A stretch of DNA of 64,000 nucleotides. Origin: Octopus sinensis (Eukaryota). The stretch lies in contig NC_043008.1 in NCBI RefSeq assembly GCF_006345805.1, forward strand, positions 26,846,001 to 26,910,000. Direction: 5' to 3'. How positions within the stretch are numbered: position 1 is the stretch's first letter; the number at the start of each line of letters is the position of its first letter. This document shows positions 23,281 through 37,069 of the stretch, in pieces. The position numbers were made by a program, and so were the translations under genes. The notes under the pieces were generated by a model. It saw only the letters and a list, made by a program, of their open reading frames with translations. It ran no database searches and was not told the DNA's origin.

Positions 23281-25115
23281 CTTTAACATTTCTTACAAGT
23301 GCTTAACAAATATCAAAATCAAATTCTACTGCAATCAGTTTTATGCTTCATTTATTCAAAGGTTGATATAAACCTACCTATGGCGTATTCAGCTCATCTT
23401 GACATGTTATAACCCTATCAATTCAAAATGAATACTGTAACATCTAAAAAGTGAAACAGGAAATGAATTGTTACTATTTCAAAGGAGCAATATGTAGTAA
23501 TTGAAAAATTTATTTTGCTGATAATGTTGTCGATGTTGGCTAACTCTGATTAAACACAACTGCGATAAAAGACATTCCAGCCATGACCATTCCGTGGTTT
23601 TTATTTATTTGTTTTCCTGTCTACCAGGGATTACATTGTACAATGTTCCAATTTAAAAAGTAGAATGTAAATTGCATATAATTTGTTTTCTAGCTTATCA
23701 AGTAACTACACAGAAGTTTCCTTTATTGGAGCATTCCTTCCTGTAGTATCTATGGTGGTGTTTTATTCATGATATCTCTTCCTTGAGAATAGCATCAAAT
23801 CCCCTGTACTTTGTGAATAGAAGACTTTTAGTTCAGTGGTGTATTAAGATTAATCTAAACTTATTTCAAAAGCTGCATGATACATTCAATAGGAATCTTG
23901 AAGTGATATGAACACAATGATTATTCTGCTATTTATACAAAACTTGATATACTGCATTGAATCAGTTTGATATCATACTGCAGATAATGGCTCCAGACGA
24001 TTCATTATTTCCTTCTTCAAATTACTTTACTTCAATAATTCAGGTTAATTTCAATAAGTGTGCGTGTGTGTCTAGTGCATGGTTTCATGTATAACTGTGT
24101 GTGTGTGTGTGTGTGTGTGTACATAAAAGTATATGTATTTGTATGTATAAGTCATTGCAGAAGATAACTTGTTTTATATGGTTATCATATGATATTACTG
24201 TTTCCTTCAAATATTTTCATTTAGATAATGTATAGAAATGAGAGGGATAAAATAATTATTATAGTAAAAAGGCTTTTGTTTATCAAAATCAATGCAAAGA
24301 TGAAACCATTTTATTTTTCGAGTGTGGTTTAAGTATAGTGATGAGTTGAGTGTGAAAAGCTAAGATGAAACAAGAATAAGACAGGGTTAGATAAAATAAT
24401 TCAATCTTTAGCAACAAGCAAAAAGTTGTAATTTACTTCGATATTGAACATCTTATAATTAAAAGTATTCCAACCATGACTATCCCATTAAGCTACAATT
24501 TATGGGTGGGTGGGGGAGGGGGCTTAGCTATTATTTCAAGCTCACTCAATTTGTACAGGGATACCAGAAATGGTAGTTTAAGTGTTGAATGTGAATCCAT
24601 AGTTGCATAGAAAATATTCAGTAAATGTCTGATGAGCTTACTAAAATATTTTTATTAAGAAAAATGATGTATTTGAAGATCAGTATACACAACCAAACAA
24701 TAGAAATGCAATGTTATAATATTTGCTTCATGCTGGAATGAATGATGAAATTTTAGTGTTTGGAATGTTTGTCCTGTATCAAATCAAGAGGAAAAGAAGA
24801 AAGGAACTAAGAACAGACTGTCCTATTGAACATATTATGCAGCTATTAAAGTAAGTTTAGATTAATTTTAATACACCACCAACCTAAAAGTCCTCCATTC
24901 ACAAAATATAGGGGATTTGAGGCTGATAAGATTGAATAGTTTCTGTAGAATGGAAATCCAATCCAATTAGCTGACATGTTATCCTATGAACTAAATTTTG
25001 CAGCAAATTAAATAGCTCACAAGATTCTTATCTCTTGGAACTATTTTGTTCTTCATTTCTCCTCTGTTCTTTCTATTTTTGCTCTCATCGTTCTTTTTTT
25101 GTTCACACTCTTTTG

Positions 25116-25150
25116 TTTCTGATGAAAGACAAACAGTCTGAAATGTAAGA
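25116..25150 (+). ncRNA. Solo minimal HHR-like motif (pLTR relic)
   Basis: CUGAUGA-a-AGAC aaaca GUCU-GAAA-UG-UA^aga; stem III plausibly ACGU before CpG decay; stem I weak. Confidence 0.5.
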
Positions 25151-25417
25151 GCGTCATTCTATAGTAAGATTTGTACTATAATATATTTACATTGTTAATT
25201 TGTTTGTTATTCCAGAATTACTCTCTCAAACTTATTGATGAACTAGTAAATTCTGCTTGAGCATAAGATGGCTGATAAGGAAGATAGATTTACCTTGGAT
25301 TATCTTTATCATATTATGCTGAACCTACAGATTAGCATGCTCTATTTTCTCCTGTTACCTATTTCAGTATTTCAGTAACACACCTAACGTAGTAAAGACC
25401 AAAATATTCAAACTTAC

Positions 25418-25508
25418 ATGGTGTTTAGTCTTTGACAACATTTTAAATAATTCTAGGTCCTTGAGTTTATTCCTAAGGCAATTTTGTAGGATGTACATTA
25501 TGTGCCCT
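25418..25508 (-). CDS. Candidate exon (GHIMYILQNCLRNKLKDLELFKMLSKTKHH), phase 2 to 0
   Basis: atttttttccacag| 91 nt cat|gtaagt; 30 codons open in AT-rich DNA. Confidence 0.7.
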
Positions 25509-26204
25509 CTGTGGAAAAAAATACATTAAATTCATTGTACTCTAGTAAAGTTGGTGCTAACACAGTTAATGCTGAATGTAGTAAATGAAGCTATTTCTAT
25601 CAATGGGAAAGAAACATTATTGGGCAATGCTTAACTAAATTAAATGTAAACAAAGGTGACAGTTTTAAATCAAACAGTATTAAAAGAAATTTAAATGAAT
25701 TGAAACATCATAATAGCAATTAATTAAAATTTGAAATATCTAAAGTAGTGACTGGAAAGATAGCCTGATTCCTGGCAGACTTCTAATAAATTTTGCTTAT
25801 ATCTAACTGCCTCAGCAAGCATAATGAGACTGCTAGGTCGATAGAAGAAGATTTTATATGCATATAGGAAGATCGTATATACACCGGCCAGGTGAAACCA
25901 TATAGATCCTACAGAAATTACAATGCATTGCTCTTTAATATATAAAACTATGTACAATATTTATATTATACTGTAATTAGAGACAGTTGTTTTTGACAAG
26001 ACTACAACTTATGAAGGAGAAGACAATCGAACAAACTGACTCTATTATTTGGACTTGCATTTTAGTTTTTAAATCCCAGGAAGATGGAAAGCAAAGTTGA
26101 CATCAGTAGGAGTTAAATTCACAACACACAAATATCACAAAGCATTTTTTTGTTTGGCCCTCTTACTATTTTTCAGTCAATACACCACTGACACTTATGA
26201 TTAA

Positions 26205-26420
26205 AAATTCTTTAAAATTTTGGCTCAAAGCCAGCAGTTTTAGCGGGATGAAGTTAGTCAGTTCTATCAATCTCAGTACTTGATTGAGTTTTTATTTTAT
26301 CAACTCTGGAAGGATGAAAGACGAAAGCTGACTTTGGAGGAATCTGAACTTAGACTGTACAGGTTGTAGCCAACTGCAAGTAAAAACATGCATTGTTTTT
26401 GCTATGATCCTGTCAGCTCG
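26205..26420 (-). mobile_element. SINE (family of 47785-48007), decayed
   Basis: caaagccagcagtttt...ggaaggatgaaagacgaagctgactttggagg. Confidence 0.7.
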
Positions 26421-27388
26421 ACTTCTTACAATTACAAATGTTCATTATTTTGTTGCAGGCATGCATTTCAACAAACTGGTCCTTTAGTTTCAAGGTAGTT
26501 TTTGCAAAGATGTTCATATGAAGAGTGAGGATTGGAAAGTTGAAAGTATGAAGTTCAGAAAGTACGTCCATGTGGTCAAAACAAATTCTTTTATTTACTA
26601 TTGCTGTGAAAGAGCTTTTTGGAGAGTGGAAGAAGAAATTTTGACTGGTATTATCGCTGTTAACTTAGAAGTGCTAATACTACAGCTCTGTGGAAAGTTA
26701 GCTGTAGCAGAAGCATGGGACAAACTGAAACTACGGTTTCACATCAACTGGAAGAGTATATGCAAACATTGCAGCTTCATCACATACCTGTGCATCATCA
26801 GCCACAGCATACTGACGATATTTGATATTTTATGGTTTAGCATATAAGATGGATATGCAGCTGTAAAAGCAATTGCCCCAAATGAAAAAGAAAGATATTT
26901 TTCCTTCCATGCCAGCACAAGAAACAGAAGTTAATGGATAAAAATGATTCGTTAATTGGAAAATATTGAGATTTTGTTTCATTCTCACTACAAAAACTTC
27001 TCATATAATCTCCATTTTTAGCCCAGTAAATGTTTATATCAAATATTCTGTTGCTATAAACTGACATTTCTGGACTTGTAAATCAGTCATTTCTGTTTGA
27101 AAAGTTGCTTAAGAAATTTCACACAAGAGATTAACCTGACACTGTTAATCATCAAGAGAACTGCAAGATTCAAATTCTGAAAGATTTAGAGCTGTAAAGC
27201 ACTTTACAAATACAAGTACACCCAATTCTGTTTACTACAGGAGGGGAAAAAATGATCTAAACATGTTCTTTCTTTAGGAGAAGATTTAACTTGCAACATA
27301 CAATGTAATTGTTTTTGTAAGCATCTTTTGTTTAGTTTTTCTTTGCTACTAAGCTACAATTTATTTGTTCAGTAATGTGTTTTACTCA

Positions 27389-27409
27389 CTTGACGTACAC
27401 TGTGTTCTC
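27389..27409 (-). CDS. Candidate 21-nt microexon (ENTVYVK), phase 2 to 2
   Basis: gtgttcag| ... caa|gtgagt; joins in frame to the 25.4 kb exon. Confidence 0.4.
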
Positions 27410-28735
27410 TCTGAACACATTTATATTTGTTAATGTGCGATTTAATCTTTGCACAAACGAAATATCTTTCCACAGTTACCTATCGATACAGATAAACTGT
27501 TAAGTGCTTCTGTGTGCTAAAGCAAAACAAGCAATTCCTTATGGTTATTTCATATTAGACTCCTCAGTGCAACATAGACAAAACTTCAAATGCAAATATA
27601 AAACACAATAAAAATATATAAATTTTAGTTATGGACATGAATAACTGTTTAAGTGGGGACCACAAGATAGTATTTCATGTGTAAATGCTTTTGGGAAATG
27701 GTTTTCATTTATATACTTATTGAAAGATATATAACTGAGGAAACGTTTTTGGCAGTGCGACAACTACAGAAAGGCTGCTAACATGATCAACATCAACATA
27801 AATATCCCTTCCACCTCCTGGCTGTCATCGTCATCAACATCAATATTTTTGCTATCAGAGTGCACAATGGTTGGCTATATAGATCAGAAGTCTCTGATTT
27901 GCCATTTCAATCTAGATATATATATTTTAAAACTGAAACTGAGGTACTGGGAATAAGGTGTAGCTTACCCTGCAGAGAAATCCTATTGCCACTAGATTAG
28001 ACTATTCTGTAAGCAAACCATCCAGAATAAAAAAAAAACAAAATGTTATTTGTCACTGACACAACCACTTAACTCTGCTGTTTTAACCTTATTAACCTTA
28101 TTGTTTTTTCATTACATGCACCAACTCTTCTGTCTAGAATCATGGTAAACCATTGCGGTAGACACTATAGCTCATTGTCAGATAAAGTACTGCTCAAAAA
28201 CTCCTCATTTCTTCCTGGAATCAAAAAGCACACAGCCGTTATGGCACATCAAATAACTAATGGTGAATATGTTGCTGATTTATGTCTCTGCTACCTTGGT
28301 TTATCAAACAGCTGTTGCATCCTTGAATCTGAGAGCTTGCTGTAGCTCAGACAATCTAACCTTTATGTTCCATGTAAAAGAAATGACTGAGCAATAGTCA
28401 TGATGAACTCTATTCTCAAGCTATTGTTTGCTATTGTTATCTCTTTGTTAAAACATTGATTCTGATCTGATAGTTTTTGTTAAAGAGATTTTCTAATAGT
28501 TCTTCACAATCAGCTTTAAAAAAAGAAACAGACTTACTTTTTGTTACAGTTAGTCAACAATAACACAATTTATTTTTCTTTTCTTTTGGTTTTGGAGAAT
28601 TGTGGAACTGCAGGGAAGGAATACAAACAAGAGGTAATTGAAAATATCCTACTTCTAACTCTTCTCAAACAGTTTCAGATTTTATTTGACAATTCTACCA
28701 CATGTATTACAGCATAGAGAAGATAGATAATATAC

Positions 28736-28776
28736 CTGTCCTTGGTGGAATGTGATCTATTTTGATGAATCAAAAT
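28736..28776 (-). CDS. Candidate 41-nt exon (ILIHQNRSHSTKDR), phase 0 to 2
   Basis: cctgtcaacag| ... cag|gtatat. Chosen partly because it bridges phases, so support is weak. Confidence 0.3.
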
Positions 28777-30581
28777 CTGTTGACAGGTCTGTCATCACTA
28801 ATTGGCAGCTGTGTTCAGTGCAAAAAATTTGGTTTGGGGACTAGATGAATTCTATGTACAGTGACATTTGTTCAACCATGAGACTAAGTTGCAGAAATCT
28901 TTTAGAATTACACACCTAGTCTGTCATTGGTACCCTCTTGTAGGTTTTGCCTTTTGAGCAATTAACACCTGAGATAAATGTGTTGAAAAATATTTCACTC
29001 AATCGGATAGGTCATAGACAATGTCAACATCACTATATCTAACAACACAGAAATCAAAGAAGACTGCGGCATAGAGGTCACAACAGAATTTTCATAAGAT
29101 GGTGGATATAAGCTTAAAACACAGCAATGCAATTTCATGCTAACATTTGTTCTGGACAGACAGTCCTTTTAAGGTGCTTAAATTCTGGCTAGAGTCAGAG
29201 CTTTTTCTGCATGGGAAATAGGATGGAGACAATGAGCTATTTTCCAGTCATGCGCTTCACTGTAAGTTTTCTTTGAAAGGAAGTAATGAACTCATCTATC
29301 ATCACTGTTTATTTCAGCCTAATCGTTGCACTGCATCATATTATTTCATCACACTGGCACATCTACTGATTCACATTTTGTCAAACACATTCCACTAGTA
29401 AGAATATCCATCTACTGCTAAAACCCTTTACATGGAAGGTGGCTCAGTATGCCGTGGCTGAGGAAGCACAGGTATGTGATGAAGCTGCAATGTTTGCATA
29501 TACTTTTCCAGTTGATGTGAAACTGTAGTTTCAGTTTATCTCATGTTTCTGCTACAGCTAACTTTCCACAGAGCACTTCTAAGTTAACAGGGATACTACC
29601 AGTCAACATTTCTTTTCTTCTTCCACTCTCCAAAAAATTCTTTCACAGCAAATTCCAGTTTAACTGTAACTTACTCAATCTGAACAGTATTTGAAAAGAA
29701 TTTCATTAAAAAAGATATTAATTTTTCAGAAAGTTATGAGGAAACAAATCCAGCAAAGGAGAGATACTTTTGTAGTTATGTCAGTAAGTCTATCAGGAAT
29801 CACTTTGATTAAACTCAGGGACAAATATTCACATCAGATTTATGTAGAAGCAACAGTACTGCCAGCTCTTTAAGGATTATTTCAAAACATTTAAATTGTT
29901 TTACTTCAATTCTGATCTCGGTGAACAATTATATGAAAAATGCTTATGATTTGCTTCACTGAAGTGTTTCAAGTTACAAACAATGGTGACTAAGTGACTC
30001 CATCAGATAAAATATAAAAGTGGCCCTACTTTAACAATGAATAGAAAATCTGCCTCAGACTCTGGCTTAAAGTCTCTTTTTCCTTTCTTTCCTTCCTATA
30101 TATCTATTGATTGATGATCCCATTTTCTTCACAAAGGATCTTTGTGATTTTCATCACTGTTTACAATTATCTAAAAAAAAAAAAATGTAATGTATCATAT
30201 AAATATAATTTTTGATGCTGAATTCGAATTTGTTATTCATTTATTCCAGAAAAATTTAGCAAAAATGTTACATATGTTCGAAGTTTGATAATTTTCAGAA
30301 TTTTCAGCCAATCAGAAAACAGTGTTTCATTGCCTCTTCCATCATCAGGGGTGGGGGCGGCATGTCAAAACATTGCAAGAAATAACAGTCAAAACATTAA
30401 AATATACATAAATGAGTGTAATATTAAAACATTTGCAAGCAAATTAAATATTTAAGAGCTATGAACAAACAAACAGGAGTCGCTAGAAATAACAGTCAAA
30501 ATATTGTTTAAAACAGACATTTATTAGCTAAAAAAATTCAAGAACAAATGTTTGCAATACAATCTAGGATCTTATAAAATA

Positions 30582-30863
30582 AACAAGCTGACCCTGTGCC
30601 TTCAAAAATGATCGCTAATTGTAGTAATTTATATATAAATATGGGTGGTAAATCAAATTAATGTGACATTGATCATCATTTGTTACACATGCACACAAGC
30701 ATTCACGTACCTCCCTTTTATTTAAACACACATACTGACACAGAGTCATACACTCCCACTACCAGTTTGTCATCACCCCTTCCTTCCTTATTCATCTGTC
30801 ACCCTCCCTTTCTCATTCATATGTGGTGATGGAGAAAAACACAAGAATATTACTATAGTAGAT
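30582..30863 (+). mobile_element. Helentron-associated non-autonomous element (HINE-like)
   Basis: Begins aacaagctgaccc and ends tactatagtagat, resembling the termini of this class. Confidence 0.45.
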
Positions 30864-30869
30864 TATCTT

Positions 30870-31260
30870 TCTTGTATTTCTTTCTCCTCCTTGTGCACAT
30901 GCACAGCATCATTGGTTACTAGAGAAACAGAGATTTTTGCCTTGGTGATGTGTAAAATACTCATTTCTGATTGGCTAAAATACCCAAATTTTGCAAATTT
31001 GAAAGGATAATAAATTTTAATAATGGATTTATTGGGGAAATGAATTTCCTTTTCATAATTAGTATGCAAAACTTAATCCATATACCAAATTTGATAAAAA
31101 TCGGAACAAAATTGTAAACAAAGACAAAATCCCCAAAGATCCCTTCACTAACTTTCCACAGACATTTATAAAAATGAAATCGTTTCTGAAATATACTGGT
31201 TAGTTTCACCACCACCAGACTTATACGGGTAGTTTATAAGAAACTATATTTTCATATTTC
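30870..31260 (-). mobile_element. Non-autonomous repeat related to the 41.0-41.6 kb element
   Basis: Reverse strand carries a ccgatttttatcaaatttgg motif like ccgatttggatgaaatttg at 41.57 kb. Confidence 0.35.
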
Positions 31261-32099
31261 ACTATTTTTTAACTTTAGCGTTTTCATTCATTTTAAAGAT
31301 ATTACAAAACTTATTTCAATTTCATAAATGTTTTAGAAAAAGTTGTTTAAGGTAAATAACTTGATCCTAATTAAACCAAAATGGTCTGGTGTATGTCTTG
31401 ACTAACAAGAGGTATGTTATTTTAAGAAATTGAAAGACAGGAAAATACTTTAATACAATTATATTAGAATATAATGCCACCTAACTTAAATACAGAGCCA
31501 GTAATTTTGGTGGGTGGGGTTTAGTTGATTAGTGATCCTAGTACTAGACATATATTTAAATTTATCAACCAAGGTAGGATAAAGCAGCAAATTACACAAA
31601 TTACATCTATATGCATATTCTATCAGTATCTTCACTGTATCTATACCAGTCACCCTCAGTACTTCCATTCAAAAGCTTGCTAAAGAAACCCTCTTTATGC
31701 TAACATACATCTCTAACCAGACAACACTGAATATCTCTACAAGTGTATGCACAACTTGATAATTATACTGACTCAGAGTTATATATGTACCATTAAGACA
31801 CACTCAGCTACACATATTGTTTGGTCTCAGTATGTTTCACTTATGTACAGACATCAGGATAATACTACTAGTATTTGCGATGCATTCGTTTGATTTACAT
31901 CATTCACATATGACTTTCTGCATATTTTGCATTTTGACTCTTAGCTGATAGCGACCAATCATCTACTGACAAGACTTAAAACTAAAACAGCAGTTAAAAC
32001 TTTGTAGACGACTTTGTCAAAAACATTCGTTTGATTCAATAGCCTGTAGATTTATTTTCCATATAAAATTTAGCTTTCACGACATTTTCCAATAATATA

Positions 32100-32225
32100 C
32101 ATTCATACATATACACGTACAAACACACATACATACATGCAGATATACATATGTATGTGTGCATGTATGTATGTATGTATGTATGTATGTATGTATGTAT
32201 GTACGTATGTATGTATGTATGTATG
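32100..32225. repeat. (TATG)n microsatellite
   Basis: Visible simple repeat. Confidence 0.95.
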
Positions 32226-32559
32226 AACATACTCAAAATTTTCCCTTGGCTTCCAAGACAAAAGAGGCCTGTGAGTCACTATGCTAACTGAAATCATGTG
32301 AATTGAGAGGTATAGGTTAATGATATCTTGAATAATGAGAAACAGAAAATTTAAGCAATTATGTATTGAAATGGGGGATAATAAATACAATTATCGAACA
32401 TGTATATTGATATTATCTATCTGTCTATCTATCTTTTTTTCTGCCTGTCTATCTATGAGCATGTAGATAAATAGTTTATACATATACACACACATGGTAA
32501 TCATATTTATTAGCCTGATTTCAATATATGTGTGTATGTACCACTACTGTCCATAACAC

Positions 32560-32860
32560 TGCTTTCATTTCCTGTCTTAAATAGAGCTTTTTCCTATAGT
32601 TTCCATGATGTTGCTATGTATGCACGAAGTTTAAAGCAGACTCCACAATTATACTGGCTCCAGTATTTGCCTTCCTTTCTGTAACCTTAACCTGTTCAAA
32701 CAGTTGTTTCATTCATATTAAACCTTTTGGCAGTTTCGTTTAAACCGTTTGGCTTTTGAAAATGATTGAACATCATAATTTTCCTTTCTAGGTTTCTTGA
32801 TATACAATCTCAAAAATATTTCAGTGTATGAAATTCTAAATTGTGAGTTGTTTTAGTGTA
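32560..32860 (-). mobile_element. Decayed pogo/Tigger-like transposase N-terminus
   Basis: LERKIMMFNHFQKPNGLNETAKRFNMNETTV*T resembles the Tigger/CENP-B HTH region. Confidence 0.5.
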
Positions 32861-33039
32861 CAACCTATGTAATTATCAGATAAATCAAATGAAAATAAAA
32901 TAAGAGGAAAAGCAGAAATCTATATAGAAAGCATAAAATGGTGTTTCTATTGTAGTAGGGCTCAGATCTGAAACTGTATCTGCTTAGTAATGTGAAATTG
33001 GTGAATCACACACATATCACATGACTTGCCCTGATTTCT

Positions 33040-33520
33040 GACTAATCGTATTTTAGCTTCCTTCAATTGATCATGTGATTTCAAATGGAAATTTCCATGA
33101 GTTTCCTGACAAAACATGGCCATAAATTGAGGTATCCACTTAACTCATAGGTAGAAGGATGAGACACACATGACAGAGCTTGAACAGTTCCATAAAAGAT
33201 AGGTGAATAGGATTCTCGGTTGGCTGTGTGAAGAAGTGTCATTCATCTATCATGGTGACAATATTCCCACCACTCTAAGCACAGCTACAGGATACTCGTA
33301 ATTCTCACCTCTTGCCCCACACAAAAATGTAGCAATCCAATTCTTTGCCAACATATGTTCATAGTTCATTCATGGTAATCAGTCACACAGCCTCCAGTGT
33401 GTAACTATTGCACTCATTGTAATGTTATATATAAACGGATCCCTTGAAAATTTCAAAGGACTTGGTTTTAATGTGGATAACAATACATGGCCCTACCAAG
33501 TATTAATAAGCCATCAAACC
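33040..33520 (-). mobile_element. Highly decayed mariner-like fragment
   Basis: C-terminal remnant HLKSHDQLKEAKIRLVRNQGKS is reminiscent of mariner ends. Confidence 0.35.
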
Positions 33521-34199
33521 CAGATCTAAACTATATAAGTAAATTAGAAAAAACTGTGACCATTGCCAAAGTTTTACAGTGTCATGTAAACCCATGAATA
33601 AATTTGTCTGTGTGTGTGTATGTGTGTGTGTATGTGTGTGTGTGTGTGTGTATATGTGTGTGTGTATGTGTGTGTGTGTGTGTATGAGTATGTGTATGTA
33701 CATATATACCTGCAAAGGAATGACACACTGTCTATTGCAGTGTAGGTAAAAATGAAACAAAAACAATGATGTCTGGTGGTTCTCTGATGTCATTTATACA
33801 GTACAGTATTTTTACAAGCACAATCTCTAGGAAGAAGTTGTTCCCAGAGCAAAATCCCACAATGAATGCCTTTCCCATGTTCGAATGGGAATATACTTTT
33901 CATGAACACTTTTACATATCATTATTTTATACACCAATGTGTATGTGTGTGTGTGTGTGTGTGTGCACACCATTCATGTACGTGATTTACAAGATTCTTG
34001 ATGTGAAATCTTTTGTTAAATCATATTATACTTTTGGGATGATTATACTGCAAATGGAAAGACATGCACTGAATTTATTTTACTTCAAACTTATTACCAC
34101 TTAATTAGATACTTGGTCAACAAATATGTAAATAACTGGATTAACTGGTTTTTGGTATTCTATCACAGTTTTGTGACCTTGACAATGTTCTTCTCATGC

Positions 34200-35040
34200 T
34201 CTTTCCTTATTTAAATCTCACTTTTTACCCTGTGTCAGGTGTAGCCAAACTTAGCATAGGAGACACATCCAGTAAAATTCAAATGTTTGAAAGCAACAAT
34301 GTCCTGCAACTTGGATTGATAAAATGAACTTCAGGCTGGAGAAAATATTAACCGTACTATTACAGAAGCTTCAAGTTTATTCACTGTGACACCACTATTT
34401 GTTAATGCTTTGTCAAGTGCATTTTATGTCACTGTGAGTTATTTCTTTTAATTCCACCATCTGTTTTTACAGAAGAAATATAATAAGCAAATACTGCCTT
34501 TTGTGGGTTGTCTTGTATGTCAGTTGATTTGTCAATCATTAAACTAATTGCAAAGGAATTTTTTAAATCATTTTGCTTAGAATATCAGCACTGACCTGAG
34601 AGATACCCCTCTCTGTAGTATGACACGAAACTGACGTTTGAGCTGTTAGTTGCTGGACTTTTGTGCCATTTTGATCTTGTACTGAAACAACATTAGCTAG
34701 ATTCTTCTTAAGAATTCACCATCAGGATAAAGGTGTTTAGCACAAGCAATGCAACAAAACTGGCTGGTTTTATCTGTTATATCACTTACTATAATGAATG
34801 TTGTAAACAATGTCTGCCGGCTATTTAATGATGGTTTTAACACAACTTGTTTTCCTGAATTCTGATTTAGGTGGATAAATATCGAAAAACTTTTTGTGAT
34901 TTATTTCATGGTGTGTTTTGAAATGACTGGTAATATAATGACTAAGTGGCAAAAGAAGGTACAAAGATTTATCTCCTTTAATTGTGAAGGCAAAATCTTA
35001 CTATTCTGGCTTAAAATTTCTGCTTAAATCTTCATAATTT
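34200..35040 (-). mobile_element. Decayed hAT transposase (GTF2IRD2/SPIN/Charlie-like)
   Basis: RNFKPE..DFAFTIKGDK; AKHLYPDGEFL; NDLKNSFAISLMIDKSTDIQDNPQKAVFAYYI, matching the LALDESTD..QL motif; frameshifts present. Confidence 0.8.
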
Positions 35041-35805
35041 TGTTTCTTGCAATTTGTTGTTATCTTCCTTAGTATATTTTCCATAGAAACTTATATACAA
35101 AACTTGTATTTAAAGTATTACACTGCATTAATGTACATAATGAATGCAGTCAAGACTAGACTCATAAAACTATTTGTGATGAGTCCCACTCCACTTCCTC
35201 TGTGTACCCAAATGTTTAACGCTCGTATCCCTGAACTCAGTCTTCTGATATTCTTCTGCCTCAGTCATATCTAACATTATCATTTGGAATTATTTCTGTT
35301 GCTCATTGTTCTCTTGGAGGTTGGGTGCACCACCATGAATCAAAATAATATAAATTATTGAATTAATAAATGATATCATTATCATTCTTAGCAGTTAATT
35401 TGACAATAGCCATTGTGAACAGAAACATGACAAGTGGTGAAAAATAAAGAACAGAAGAAACATTTAAATTTTCCCATTTCTTGTCACTTTCAAGCGTTTT
35501 AGAAGAGAGTGTTGAAAATAACATTCCATGTGCGTACATTGTATTCTTATACACTTATATCTTCTTCATTGCAACTTGAATGGAAAACATATAGAGAAAG
35601 TAATAGACCAGCAATTAAAATAGAAGGGTAGTAATTAGAAGATTCCTTACAGTTTTATATTTGGCTTTACTTGAAATAGTTGGGGAATGCTGTTCCTACT
35701 TCTTGCAAAAATAGAATAAAAGGCCATTACCACAGCACGACACTGGTATAAGTTGACACCCTATAAATAACTACAAAGCTTATTTTTTCTTCTTTAGCTT
35801 TTGTA

Positions 35806-37029
35806 TTAGGTTGGCAACTAAGTTCCCACCGTTTTTTAAATTTAAATTTTTTAAAAGGTTTAATAAAAAATAGCAACTAATTAAACAATAATGTATTCAC
35901 CCTTGTTGTTTACCACTTCTTACCAACATTCAACTAGATTTTCAATAACTCGTTGGTAGAAACCACCCGATTTCAACTCAAAAAATTGATCCAACCAAGC
36001 TCTCAATTCTGCATCAGTATTGAACGAAACTCCACGAATAGCATTTGAAAGAGATCGAAAGAGGTGAAAATCTGTTGGTGCCAAATCAGGAGAGTATGGC
36101 AGGTGTGGCAGCACTTCCCAGCTATGCATTTGAATGGCTTCCTTGGTCATATTGGCGATATGAGGGCAGGTGTTGTCTTGCAGCAGAAGAACTCCATTCT
36201 GTTGATTAGGTCTTTTCTCTTGAATAGACGTGTTGAGTCGTTCCATTTGTTTGTTCCGTTCAAGCAATTCATAATGGATAATCCCATCCCAGTCCCACCA
36301 TATGCACAACATCATTTTACGCACTGAAAATCTTGTTTCATGTGTGGTGTTGCTTGTTTACCAGGGCTAAACCATTACGTACACTGCTTCATATTGATGT
36401 ACAGACACAATTTTTCATCGCCAGTAATGATTCAGTAAAGAAATTGTTGCTTGTGTCCATGAGTTGAGTGGTGACGAGCAAGCAAAACAGTGGAGATTGT
36501 GGCTCATTGATTTTTGTTGTTGTCACTTAAAGCATGCAGAAACCATGCTCTATACTTCTGAACCTTTCCCATTGAGTGAAGATGCCTCTCTATTGCAAAG
36601 TGGGAGCATTCCATTTTCTCTGCCAGTTCCCTTGTTGTCTGAAGAATTTTCTTGCAAAATTTGGTTTAATTGCTCTTCATCGAACTCAACTGGACGGCCA
36701 GAACGAGGTCAAAATTTCCATTTTTGCATTTGGCATACTAATCACGAGTGGTTCTTTCAGCTATGATACCCTCTTCATACATAGCACAAATGTTGCAGGC
36801 AGCTTTTGCGGACTTAGAACCTTGATTAAAAGTGAAAAAAAAGGTGTCGAAAATGCTCAAATGACCTGAAAATAAACAAATATTAACTAAAACTAACTAG
36901 AAAAAAATAACAAAATAGATTCCAAAATGATTCAAAACTAGAATTCTCAAAAAAAATAGATTCTAAATTTTAAAAATGCAATAAATTCCAAAATTTAAAA
37001 AAATGGCAGGAACTTAGTTGCCAGCCCAA
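35806..37029 (-). mobile_element. Mariner (DD34D) transposon, near full length, inactivated
   Basis: TIRs ttaggttggcaactaagttccc / ggaacttagttgccagcccaa with TA flanks. Translation includes IITGDEK, MMLCIWWDWDG, LLQDNTCPH and LPHLPYSPDLAPTDFHLFRSL; stops and frameshifts present. Confidence 0.96.
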
Positions 37030-37069
37030 TATTAACTGCAATAAAAAGAGCTCAGCCAACATATTTCAA

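Larger units (their letters stand above)
26601..29651. repeat. Inverted repeat pair, 26601-26856 and 29404-29651 (~250 bp each)
   Basis: Long shared stretch aaactgaaactac-gtttcacatcaactggaa-agtatatgcaaacattgcagcttcatcacatacctgtgc in opposite orientations. Confidence 0.85.

Noticed and set aside
26720-26805. Hammerhead in the 26.6/29.5 kb inverted repeat (CTGATGA / CTGAGGA present in both arms)
   Set aside because: No stem I or core-adjacent stem II can be formed, and the nearest GAAAC is tied up in its own GAAAC/GTTTC hairpin.
29250-29330. piggyBac catalytic motif (VMIDEFITSFQRK) explaining the 26.6-29.7 kb inverted repeat as TIRs
   Set aside because: A single short motif, no TTAA/CCC termini, and no consistent order of other transposase motifs.
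29690-29850. C2H2 zinc-finger relic (ERYFCSYVSKSIRNHFD*)
   Set aside because: The second Cys and both His residues are missing; the resemblance is too weak.
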